32,000 nucleotides of DNA from Delftia acidovorans NBRC 14950. Its GTDB lineage: Bacteria; Pseudomonadota; Gammaproteobacteria; Burkholderiales; Burkholderiaceae_C. The stretch covers positions 120,001 to 152,000 of the forward strand of contig NZ_BCZP01000009.1 of assembly GCF_001598795.1 (NCBI RefSeq), in the 5' to 3' direction. The notes beneath the pieces were generated by a model that was not told the DNA's origin, did not search any database, and worked only from the letters and a program-made list of their open reading frames with translations. Every line of letters starts with the position of its first letter. The stretch's first letter is position 1. Shown here piece after piece: positions 10,265 to 17,861 of this stretch. The position numbers and the translations under genes are program-made.

Positions 10265-11956
10265 TCAGGCAAAGGCGATGACCAGCGGCCCCAGCAATGT
10301 GAGGAACACATTGGCCAGCGCATAGGTGATCGCAAACGGTGCCGTGGGAATCGAGTTGCCGGCCTTGTCCAGAATCTCGCCAAACGCCGGATTGGCGCTG
10401 CGCGCCCCCGACAGCGAGCCCGCGAACACGGCCACGTTGTCATAGCGCAGCACGTACTTGCCGAACAGCATGGCGATCAGCAGCGGCACGATGGTCACCA
10501 CCACGCCCAGCAGGAACAGCGTCAGGCCCTGCTGCATCACCGTGGTCACGGCCTGCTGGCCCGACTGCAGGCCCACCATGGCCACGAAGCCGGCCAGGCC
10601 CAGGTCGCGCAGCAGCGTGGACGCTGCCGTGGGCATGTTGCCGAAGGTGTGCTTGCGGCTGCGCCACCAGCCGAACAGCAGGCCCGCCAGCAGGGCGCCG
10701 CCGCCGCTGCCCAGCGTGATGGGAATGGAGCCCAGGCGCAGCACCAACAGCCCGATCAGCAGGCCCACCGTGATGCCCAGGCCGTGGAAGACAAAGTCCG
10801 TCTTGTCGCTGGGCACGATGATGGGGCCCACCGACTGCGCAGCCTTTTGCACATCCTGCGGCGTGCCGAACAGCGTCACCACATCGCCCGGCATCACCAT
10901 GGTGGCCGGCGCAATCGGCACCGGCGTGCCCGCGCGCATCAGCGCCACTGCGTACACGCCGTGCTTGAACTCCTGCGACAGGCTGTCCAGGATGTCCTTC
11001 ACGCTGCGGTTCAGGTACTGGTTGTTGGAGATGGCCACGTCGCGCCGCACCATCACCACGTCCATGCCCTCGGCGCCCTGCAGCTCCTCGCCCACCGAGG
11101 CGCCCAGCGCCACCACGGCCGCGCGCCGGCCCACCAGCAAGATGATGTCGCCGGCCTCCAGCGCCAGGCTGCCGTCCACGCCCACCATCGCGTTCCTGCG
11201 CTGTATGCGCTCCACCGTCACCGTGCCGCCGTTGGCGGTGGCGCTGGCTTCCAGCTCCGCCACGGTGCGGCCCGCCTGTCCCACACGGAAAATGCGGCCC
11301 ACCAGATCCGGCACGGCCGGTGACTCGCCGGTTCCGTACACGCGCACGCCCTTGAGCAGCTCCTGCTCGGCCTGGATCGCGTCCTCGCGGATCTTGCGGC
11401 CCGTCAGCCACTGCAGCACGTTCACGCACATGATGATGGCGCCGAAGGAGCCGAAGATATAGGTCACCGCATAGCCGATGGCCACATTGGCCTGCATGCG
11501 CTGCACCTCGTCGGGCGCCAGCCCCAGCTTCTCGATGGCCGAGCCCGCCGTGCCGATGATGGCCGACTGCGTCAGCCCGCCAGCGGCCAGCCCCGCCGCC
11601 AGCCCCTTGTCCAGATGGAACACCCGGGCGATCACCACCACCGTGACCAGCCCCGACACGGCCACCACCAGGGCCATCAGGATCTCCTTGACCGACTGCC
11701 GCCCCAGCGAGCGGAAGAACTGCGGCCCGCTCTCGAAACCCACGGCATAGATGAACAGCGCGAACAGCACCGCCTTGATGCCCGAATCAATGGTCACCCC
11801 CACCTGGCTGATCAGCACCGCCGCCAGCAGCGACCCCGCCACGCCCCCCAGCTGGAACGACCCGAACCTGAACTTGCCCACCCAGTAACCGAGCGCTAAG
11901 GCCGCGAACAGCGCGATTTCCGGAGCCTGATGAAAGATGCTTCTGAGAAAGTCCAC
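10265..11956 (-). CDS. aspT: aspartate:alanine exchanger family transporter (AAEx; AspT/YidE/YbjL type)
   Basis: Track ORF 10265..12001. I prefer GTG 11956 (AGAGG with a 5-nt spacer), giving VDFLRSIFHQAPEIALFAALALGYWVGKFRFGSFQLGGVAGSLLAAVL, which is the family N-terminus. Two membrane halves flank central TrkA_C-like repeats (..VTVERIQRRNAMVGVDGSLALEAGDIILLVGRR.. and ..VYAVALMRAGTPVPIAPATMVMPGDVVTLFG..). It lies 54 nt upstream of asdA on the same strand. Confidence 0.75.
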   Translation of the reverse strand: MDFLRSIFHQAPEIALFAALALGYWVGKFRFGSFQLGGVAGSLLAAVLISQVGVTIDSGIKAVLFALFIYAVGFESGPQFFRSLGRQSVKEILMALVVAVSGLVTVVVIARVFHLDKGLAAGLAAGGLTQSAIIGTAGSAIEKLGLAPDEVQRMQANVAIGYAVTYIFGSFGAIIMCVNVLQWLTGRKIREDAIQAEQELLKGVRVYGTGESPAVPDLVGRIFRVGQAGRTVAELEASATANGGTVTVERIQRRNAMVGVDGSLALEAGDIILLVGRRAAVVALGASVGEELQGAEGMDVVMVRRDVAISNNQYLNRSVKDILDSLSQEFKHGVYAVALMRAGTPVPIAPATMVMPGDVVTLFGTPQDVQKAAQSVGPIIVPSDKTDFVFHGLGITVGLLIGLLVLRLGSIPITLGSGGGALLAGLLFGWWRSRKHTFGNMPTAASTLLRDLGLAGFVAMVGLQSGQQAVTTVMQQGLTLFLLGVVVTIVPLLIAMLFGKYVLRYDNVAVFAGSLSGARSANPAFGEILDKAGNSIPTAPFAITYALANVFLTLLGPLVIAFA

Positions 11957-12066
11957 AGCCACCTCTGCTTCTGGGTTGAGGTCCACGGCGGCGCAAGGCA
12001 ACGGAAGCTGCTGCCCCGGGAGGGCAGGAGGGCATTGCGTGCGCGTGGACTGGGAAACGGCGAGTC

Positions 12067-12136
12067 GCTATTGGAAATAGCTATCGAAAATACTTCTGCA
12101 CAAATGATTGTGACCAAGAAATATTCAATCGAATAT
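12067..12136. promoter_or_regulatory. AT-rich leader of the aspT-asdA operon with two palindromes (GCTATTggaAATAGC at 12067-12081; ATATTCaatcGAATAT at 12121-12136)
   Basis: Both dyads were read directly from the sequence. They lie 65-180 nt upstream of the aspT start in clearly AT-richer DNA. Function is unknown (operator or promoter elements). Confidence 0.25.
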
Positions 12137-12322
12137 GGCTATTTCATTGGCTTCTTTGGGTCAATCCTTGTTGAGAACAGAGCCACTATTCACGACAAAG
12201 ACCAACGGCAATGTAGGACTGCGCCGTCAGCAAAAGCGGATACATATACAGAATTCCTTGCATGCAGGCCCTGGGCGCCAGTTTTCGAATTAAACCTATT
12301 GGCAGCGAGATGAATTCATCAA

Positions 12323-12706
12323 TTACGCATCTCGCGCCCAGATGAGGTGGAGTTCTCCATCCACAAAACCGGCGCTCACCGCTTGCGACTGGCGCAGCCG
12401 AAGGGCTCCTGCCGCTTCCGAGGCCACGTAGGAGCCAAGCAGCTTCCTGGCAGCAGCAAGCCCTTTCTCCCACTCGCTTCCCACGACGTCATGCGGCAAC
12501 TCGAAGTGAGGATCGTCGGACATGAATATGTCATCGCACGCCCAGTCCGGGTCCTGCGGGTCGTAGGTCGGGCAGCCCACAATCTGGAGCTCGTGCGATG
12601 TGGGCGAGTCATACAGATTGAAGTGGAATGCCGCGATTCCTTCTGGCAGATCGCCGGACAGTGTTTCGTCAACCCATTGGGAGAATTGCTTTTCAATTGC
12701 TTTCAT
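12323..12706 (-). CDS. small acidic cytoplasmic hypothetical protein (immunity-protein-like)
   Basis: The track ORF starts at a TTG (12727). ATG 12706 gives MKAIEKQFSQWVDETLSGDLPEGIAAFHFNLYDSPTSHELQIVGCPTYDPQDPDWACDDIF.. (127 aa). There is no signal peptide or TM segment, and the sequence is rich in Asp/Glu/Trp. It has protein-like composition and intermediate GC. The immunity function is inferred from size, composition and neighbourhood only. Confidence 0.5.
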   Translation of the reverse strand: MKAIEKQFSQWVDETLSGDLPEGIAAFHFNLYDSPTSHELQIVGCPTYDPQDPDWACDDIFMSDDPHFELPHDVVGSEWEKGLAAARKLLGSYVASEAAGALRLRQSQAVSAGFVDGELHLIWARDA

Positions 12707-12789
12707 GGTTTCAATATTCTGATGCAATGTGGATCAAAAAATCTTTCCATCATATAGGGAAGTCTGAAAAAATAATTGATTCGCATGCT

Positions 12790-13165
12790 TCAAAAAATAT
12801 CCGGCTCCGGCACAGCCCTCCCAAAGCCCGTCTCCAGAAAATCAAAATCGCATCCCTCATCGGCCTGCAGGATATGGCGGCCGAACAGCCAGCCGTAGCC
12901 GCGCTGGTAGCGCGCGGGCGGGGGCGTCCATGCGGCGCGGCGCATGAGCTTTCGCGTGGTCGAGCGCCTGCGCACATCCCGTGGCGCGTGACCCGACCGG
13001 GGCCGCAGCGCGCAGGAACTGGACACCGACCTGATGCTCTTCGAGCAGCGCTACCCCACGCTCGGTCCAGCGGCCCAGCATGAGTTGCTGGTACAGGCCA
13101 TGTCACCGGGCCTGCACTGGACGCCCCTGGGCCTGCGCGCCACCCGCCTGTTCCTGGGCCGGTAG
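12790..13165. other. GC-rich patch of apparent gene relics inside AT-richer DNA
   Basis: Minus frame: MRRAAWTPPPARYQRGYGWLFGRHILQADEGCDFDFLETGFGRAVPEPDIF (12947->12790). Plus frame: MSFRVVERLRTSRGA-TGA(12989-12991)-PDRGRSAQELDTDLMLFEQRYPTLGPAAQHELLVQAMSPGLHWTPLGLRATRLFLGR, with stop at 13163-13165. Neither is a convincing intact gene. Confidence 0.3.
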
Positions 13166-13206
13166 GCCATTCGACCCTCTTTACCTACCCGGGAAAAATC
13201 ATCTGG

Positions 13207-13698
13207 TCATTGGGCAAGACGGGCTTGCTCTTTGACCCATTCCCGGCTTTTGCCACGCACGCACCAATCTGGATTCTTAACCCAGTCCGTAAAATATATG
13301 GTGGGGTGGTCTTTCAAAACGTTGCAGCGGGTATAGCCCATTTTTGGCATAGCATAGTACTGATAAGGCGTAATTGCAAAAAGACAAAAAAACATAATAA
13401 AAACTCCTGCGGCTATGGCGGATAAAAAAATACGCGTTGGAATTTTTATGGCGTCCTCCATGCAAGGGATTGCTTTTTGTATTGCAATGATAATTCCTGT
13501 GATTGAAATTATTGGCACACACAACGCAATTGGATCAAATGGTGTGATTCTTACTGATGGAGCGAGTTTATTTAAATCATCTACGGTTTGATATAGAGAA
13601 TATAAAATACTCCAAATTGACATTGCTAGAAGCAGCAGAAAAAGTGGAATATTCCAGATTAGTGATTTTCTGATTTCGGTTAAATTTCTTTTGTCCAT
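13207..13698 (-). CDS. small integral membrane protein, paralog 1 (3 predicted TM helices plus a Cys-containing C-terminal tail; DUF1240-like; candidate immunity protein)
   Basis: 163 aa. TM-like stretches are IWNIPLFLLLLAMSIWSILYSL, PIALCVPIISITGIIIAIQ and IFLSAIAAGVFIMFFCLFAITP. The tail is QYYAMPKMGYTRCNVLKDHPTIYFTDWVKNPDWCVRGKSREWVKEQARL. It is clearly paralogous to 14021..14530. The DUF1240 resemblance (Y..C...[DN]P...YV..C tail) is from memory only. Confidence 0.75.
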   Translation of the reverse strand: MDKRNLTEIRKSLIWNIPLFLLLLAMSIWSILYSLYQTVDDLNKLAPSVRITPFDPIALCVPIISITGIIIAIQKAIPCMEDAIKIPTRIFLSAIAAGVFIMFFCLFAITPYQYYAMPKMGYTRCNVLKDHPTIYFTDWVKNPDWCVRGKSREWVKEQARLAQ

Positions 13699-14020
13699 TT
13701 AAAGACTCATAAATTTTTGCGACTGATCAGGCATGGTCGGTTATTAGGAAATAATTTTTTTATTTCCCGGTGTTTATAGATTCTATTTAAATCTATCCCG
13801 GTAGGGGTGCCATTAAGGCCATGGCTGGGCGTTTCGGGTCCAGTACCCGCTTCATTCGACCGCTATTCGCTGCCGCCACCGCTGCTAAGGACTGGGCCTA
13901 GTGTTTGCGCGGAAGCGTAGTGATTTCTGGGGAGCCAGCGAGGAGTTGTTCTGACACACATGCAACCACACTACGCGGATAGGTCAGAAAGATGTAGGCC
14001 TTGTGATCTGCACTTTTTGT

Positions 14021-14530
14021 TTATGGATTTAGCTTGGTGCTACCGCCTAGACGGGCTTGCTCATTAACCCACTCCCTGCTTTTGCCGCGTACGCACCAGT
14101 CAGGGTTTTTCACCCAGTCTGAAAAATAAATATTTGGATGGCCTTCTAATATATTGCAGCGTGTATATCCTAATCTGGGCATGGCGTAGTACTGAAGAGG
14201 TGTAACAACAAGAAGACAGAAGAGCATAATTCCTCCCCCTGTGATTACGGAGATCGCAAGAATGCGTTCTGAGATTTTTAAAGTTCCTGCTTTGCAGGGG
14301 ATTGCTTTTTGTATCACTGATACAAGTATCGTAGCTCCCATTATTGGGAAATATACCCCGACCAAATCACCAGGTGTGATTCTTACCGAGGGGGCTGAAT
14401 TTTTTAAATCGGCGATTGTTTTTAGAAATGAATTTTCTGTATTCCAAATTGAAAAAAATAAAACAAATAGAATTGATGGAATTCCATATATTAATGATTT
14501 TCTAATATCGGTTAAGTTGTTTGTTTTCAT
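14021..14530 (-). CDS. small integral membrane protein, paralog 2 (candidate immunity protein)
   Basis: The track ORF begins at TTG 14545. ATG 14530 gives MKTNNLTDIRKSL, which aligns with MDKRNLTEIRKSL of paralog 1. The tail QYYAMPRLGYTRCNILEGHPNIYFSDWVKNPDWCVRGKSREWVNEQARL is near-identical to that of paralog 1. It starts 11 nt after the stop of the upstream glycine-zipper gene. Confidence 0.75.
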   Translation of the reverse strand: MKTNNLTDIRKSLIYGIPSILFVLFFSIWNTENSFLKTIADLKNSAPSVRITPGDLVGVYFPIMGATILVSVIQKAIPCKAGTLKISERILAISVITGGGIMLFCLLVVTPLQYYAMPRLGYTRCNILEGHPNIYFSDWVKNPDWCVRGKSREWVNEQARLGGSTKLNP

Positions 14531-14541
14531 TTTTATATCCG

Positions 14542-15489
14542 TCAATTTTTCCTGTTGATAGGAAGTAGCAAGCTATTATTTGGTTCCGAAGACGCATAAT
14601 TGTATTTTATTCTTTCACTTTGGCCATTTAATTTTTTCTCAGTCACAGCATTGGGATTGATGCGATATATCCCATGGGGAGTACTGTCTGTTTGCATTTT
14701 TAATGCGAAAATCACATTCTTCTTTATATCCCAAGTCTCGTCAATTCTATTCAAAGCTATCCCAGACAAGAACACTGCGACAGCCATTGTGACTAACGGC
14801 AAGATGGCAAGAGTTGCTGCACCTACGCCCACCACTAATCCTGCTCCAAGGCCCACCATCGTCGCCAACCCAGCCTTGACCGCCTCCACTCCAATCCCTC
14901 CCACCAGGTCATGCATGGTCTTCTCGTCGTTGAAGATGAAGTCCAATGTCTCCACGCCGATACCCACAACCAAGCTCAAGATGAAGCCCCCTCTGGCCAC
15001 GCCCTGAAGGCCGCGCATGCCCAGACCCATCTGGACCATGCGGGGATTGGTGGTGAGAAAGCGCGTGCCCTGCAGCAGATTGCCGCGAAACCCGGCTCGG
15101 CCCGTGATGATGATATAGGTGCCTTTGGGCGTCGCCTTGACATAGGTGCGCGCACCGGCAAGGCGCAATGCAATCAGCGTTCTGGTGAACAGGTACGCGT
15201 CATTGGCCAGCATGGAGGCGGGGATGGTCCAGGGTTTGCCGGCATTGGGGCTGGCCGTCTGCGTCCAGTACCGGCCCAGGGCGCTTTGGGCCAGGATGGC
15301 GCGCAGGCTGGCCTCCAGGCGCGGGTCATTGCGCGACCTGTCTTGCAGGACGCCTAGGAACTCTTGCGGCGTGAGTACCACCACGTCCACCTGCTGGCTG
15401 TCCATGGCGCGGGTGATCTGCCTGTTGAAGGCCTTTTCATAGCTGATATACGGGCGGGTGAGATCTGTGGATGTTGCCATGGCCTGCAA
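14542..15489 (-). CDS. glycine-zipper-rich membrane-inserting protein (candidate membrane-disrupting toxin/effector)
   Basis: 315 aa. A soluble N-terminal part of about 150 aa is followed by Gly-rich hydrophobic segments GLGMRGLQGVARGGFILSLVVGIGVETL and LVGGIGVEAVKAGLATMVGLGAGLVVGVGAATLAILPLVTMAVAVFLSGIAL (repeated GxxxG/A), then a polar low-GC-encoded tail. It is followed by two small membrane-protein paralogs. Confidence 0.7.
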   Translation of the reverse strand: MQAMATSTDLTRPYISYEKAFNRQITRAMDSQQVDVVVLTPQEFLGVLQDRSRNDPRLEASLRAILAQSALGRYWTQTASPNAGKPWTIPASMLANDAYLFTRTLIALRLAGARTYVKATPKGTYIIITGRAGFRGNLLQGTRFLTTNPRMVQMGLGMRGLQGVARGGFILSLVVGIGVETLDFIFNDEKTMHDLVGGIGVEAVKAGLATMVGLGAGLVVGVGAATLAILPLVTMAVAVFLSGIALNRIDETWDIKKNVIFALKMQTDSTPHGIYRINPNAVTEKKLNGQSERIKYNYASSEPNNSLLLPINRKN

Positions 15490-15626
15490 GCGAATGGTTA
15501 ATGGAATGAATAAGGAAATGGTGGTTTGCCAAATGCCAGAAAAATCACAAACGCAGGCCTCCCATCAGGCCTGCGGCAAATCAGGTCCGATCAAGGTATG
15601 AGTGTGGGAATTACGCGTTCACAATC

Positions 15627-15662
15627 ATTCCCAAGGCCAATGTCAATCAATGGCCTGGGAAT
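15627..15662. repeat. long imperfect stem-loop ATTCCCAAGGCCA-(11 nt)-TGGCCTGGGAAT, with a third GGGAAT copy at 15606-15611
   Basis: Read directly from the sequence: 12 bp of pairing with one bulged A. The upstream GGGAAT could pair alternatively with ATTCCC. It lies in ORF-free DNA about 140-175 nt upstream of the glycine-zipper gene start. No U-tract on either strand. Confidence 0.4.
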
Positions 15663-16066
15663 TCCGTTGTGGGAGTCCGGCTATTTGATTTCTTGGGTAT
15701 CTGGAAGTCAAGCAGAAAGGCTTGTGGCTGATTATTTTCAGATTATTCCTAGATGCATATATGAGATGCACGCCTTGAGTGCAGTCGATATGGACTTGGA
15801 ATGAGGAAGAGGGCGGTGACAAGGCTTTGCCAGTCAATACAGCCATTTGCCCCAGTGGACGCAGGCCATCCGACACCGCCGTGCTGCGGGCCTTTGCGGC
15901 CACAGGCACGGCGCCGTGGCGATACGGTCGTGAAGACCAGGTACAAGGAAACCGCGCGCAGCGGGCTGGCGGTCCATATCATCGAGTGCTGCGCGGGCCT
16001 GGCGGCGCAGCACCAACGGCAACGGCAAGCCGCCATCATCCAGCCCGGTCACAACCTCGTATATCC

Positions 16067-16465
16067 ATGACAGCCAGTGAAAGATTGAAGGCCTGGGCAC
16101 GACGCATCAAGCGCGATGGCGTCACCCTGTGGTTTGCCTGCAAGAGCCCGCAGACGCCCTGGTATGCCAAGGCCTTGGGCGCCTTCGTGGTCGCCTACGC
16201 CCTGAGCCCCATCGACCTGATCCCCGACTTTATCCCCGTGCTGGGCTATGTGGATGACGTCCTGCTGCTGCCCGCGCTGATCTGGCTCACCGTGCGGCTG
16301 CTTCCCCCGGCCGTGTTGGCCGACAGCCGCCAGCAGGCCGAGGCCTGGATGCAGGCCCAAGGCCGCAAGCCCCGAAGCCGTGCCGGAGTCGCTCTGGTGG
16401 TGGGCGTCTGGCTATGTGTTTGCGTGGGGGTCTTCTTTGCGTTCCGAGAGCGCTGGGGGCTTTGA
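16067..16465 (+). CDS. DUF1232 (YkvA-like) membrane protein
   Basis: This is the C-terminal 132 aa of track ORF 15779..16465, from ATG 16067: MTASERLKAWARRIKRDGVTLWFACKSPQTPWYAKALGAFVVAYALSPIDLIPDFIPVLGYVDDVLLLPALIWL. The SPIDLIPDFIPVLGYVDD motif is characteristic of DUF1232. The 96 codons upstream are Arg/Gly/Pro-rich and not protein-like. Confidence 0.7.
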   Translation: MTASERLKAWARRIKRDGVTLWFACKSPQTPWYAKALGAFVVAYALSPIDLIPDFIPVLGYVDDVLLLPALIWLTVRLLPPAVLADSRQQAEAWMQAQGRKPRSRAGVALVVGVWLCVCVGVFFAFRERWGL

Positions 16466-16624
16466 GCGCGGAGCCTTGCCGGGCTGAGCGGCGGCGGGCG
16501 GGCAACACAAGGATGCGGGAGCTGCGCCTGAGCGCTGTATCATCTCGCCCAGGTGCTGAACACACCTTCACAGGCGGTCCCGCCACACTCCCGAAAGCAG
16601 TTGGACGTACTCACAGGAGGCCTC

Positions 16625-16741
16625 ATGGCTGCTTTCCTTGCGGGCGTATCAATGCCCGAACCCTCTCCCAATACTTTGCGTGGTCCCGTGCTTCGAGCAC
16701 TTGGGCATTCCTTTGCGTCAGCCGCCAAGCGTGCTCATTGA
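16625..16741 (+). CDS. possible 38-aa ORF
   Basis: AGGAGG at 16615-16620, then ATG 16625 (a short 4-nt spacer). Product MAAFLAGVSMPEPSPNTLRGPVLRALGHSFASAAKRAH. Its stop lies inside the SD of the next ORF. There is no homology support. Confidence 0.2.
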   Translation: MAAFLAGVSMPEPSPNTLRGPVLRALGHSFASAAKRAH

Positions 16742-16750
16742 GGAGTTGCC

Positions 16751-16969
16751 ATGCTGTACTTTCAACTTTCCGAGCCCGAGTACAACTGCCTGCGGCGCGT
16801 GCAGGATCAGTTGGGGCTGATTTCCAGTTTGATCATTGGCGCCTATCCAGGGCATGCCTTGGAGCCGGTGACTCCTGGGCAATTGCTTGCGTTTATTCAG
16901 GCGCAGGAAGAGGCGCTTGAGGGGGTGATGGGGGGAGTTAGTGAGCGCGGGGTGGTGCGGGGGGAATAA
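16751..16969 (+). CDS. 72-aa hypothetical protein
   Basis: GAGGAG at 16740-16745 with a 5-nt spacer to ATG 16751. Protein-like sequence MLYFQLSEPEYNCLRRVQDQLGLISSLIIGAYPGHALEPVTPGQLLAFIQAQEEALEGV. It is followed by a good intrinsic terminator at 17006-17034. Confidence 0.45.
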   Translation: MLYFQLSEPEYNCLRRVQDQLGLISSLIIGAYPGHALEPVTPGQLLAFIQAQEEALEGVMGGVSERGVVRGE

Positions 16970-17005
16970 TAGCGGATGACTAGAAAATCTGGTGAAAACA
17001 CTATG

Positions 17006-17034
17006 CAGGCAAGAGTGATTTTGCCTGTATTTTT
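17006..17034 (+). terminator. Rho-independent terminator
   Basis: CAGGCAA-gagtgatt-TTGCCTG followed by TATTTTT, 37 nt downstream of the 16969 stop. It coincides with the left edge of the AT-rich cassette. Confidence 0.55.
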
Positions 17035-17186
17035 GAATTTTGCTGCTCAAGAGCTTTCCCTTAGAAAAACTATCAAGCTATTTTGATTATAAAATCAGCC
17101 ATGAAAACTGATTATTATTAATAATGCTGGTGTCTCTGTGCAATAGTGGGATGGTGCTAATAATTAGTGTTAGGAAAGAAGTCTGG

Positions 17187-17861
17187 CTAGAAAAGTAGAC
17201 CTTGATCTTTTTTTCTGTCAAAATTTTGAGGGGGAATGCCATATAGCTCACTCATTCCATTGCGAAAATCATTGATTCCCCCATAGCTTGGATGACGAAT
17301 GGTGATAACTTCTAGCCCAAATCTTCTTGCATATTGCGATGCATCTTGGCCGATTGCAACTATGCGACGAATCTTGAGCCAACTAATCAATATTTCGTTT
17401 AGCTCTTCAACTAGTAGAAGCTCTCGGACTGTAAATTTTCGATTAGAGAATGGATTATCCGGCTCGTGTGGATGAAATGGGAAAACATTCCATAAAAGTG
17501 GTGGTAGCGCTAGGGAGCGAAGTACGGACCAAATTTCTGATGCAGTTCGTTCAGAGATAGCGGGGCCCAGCGTAGCTCGTTTAAAATTGGTTCCTGGGTA
17601 GCGCTGAGTCATTTCAGGTAAATGAAATTCATCCGTTAGTGCTATGCCAGTGCGGCGGCCTCCGCGGTAACCAAGGTCTCTACCCATCCAAATAGTATCT
17701 ATACCGATAGTTAGCGCTGCTTTTAGATATCCTTGTAGATTGCGACGGCGAGCGGATGCTGCGTCCGGGCGATCGTTAACAGCACAGATGTCCGAATAGG
17801 GATTAAAAACGTTATCCAGCTTCACTTGGGATAGCGCGTTCACGAAGTCGTTAGGAGTCAT
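17187..17861 (-). CDS. uracil-DNA glycosylase superfamily protein (divergent UDG fold)
   Basis: 224 aa. It has a motif-A-like GRDLGYRGGRRTGIALTDE, a central LLWNVFPFHPHE, and a motif-B-like VITIRHPSYGG (the HPS signature). The N-terminal NPYSDICAVND..RRRNLQGYL resembles family-4/5-like UDGs. The ATG overlaps the upstream stop as ATGA (17858-17861). Confidence 0.7.
   Translation of the reverse strand: MTPNDFVNALSQVKLDNVFNPYSDICAVNDRPDAASARRRNLQGYLKAALTIGIDTIWMGRDLGYRGGRRTGIALTDEFHLPEMTQRYPGTNFKRATLGPAISERTASEIWSVLRSLALPPLLWNVFPFHPHEPDNPFSNRKFTVRELLLVEELNEILISWLKIRRIVAIGQDASQYARRFGLEVITIRHPSYGGINDFRNGMSELYGIPPQNFDRKKDQGLLF

Noticed and set aside
13699-14020. Possible remnant of a toxin C-terminal tail in the spacer between the two membrane-protein paralogs (minus-frame peptide ..QNNSSLAPQKSL.. 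versus ..PNNSLLLPINRKN of the upstream gene)
   Set aside because: The resemblance is limited to about 3-4 residues and the frame is closed by stops after 33 codons. That is indistinguishable from chance by eye. The weak AT hairpin GGAAATAA-ttttt-TTATTTCC nearby was also not called as a terminator.
15779-16066. N-terminal 96 codons of track ORF 15779..16465
   Set aside because: This part is Arg/Gly/Pro/Ala-rich and not protein-like. The DUF1232 homology begins at the internal ATG 16067, so only 16067..16465 was kept.
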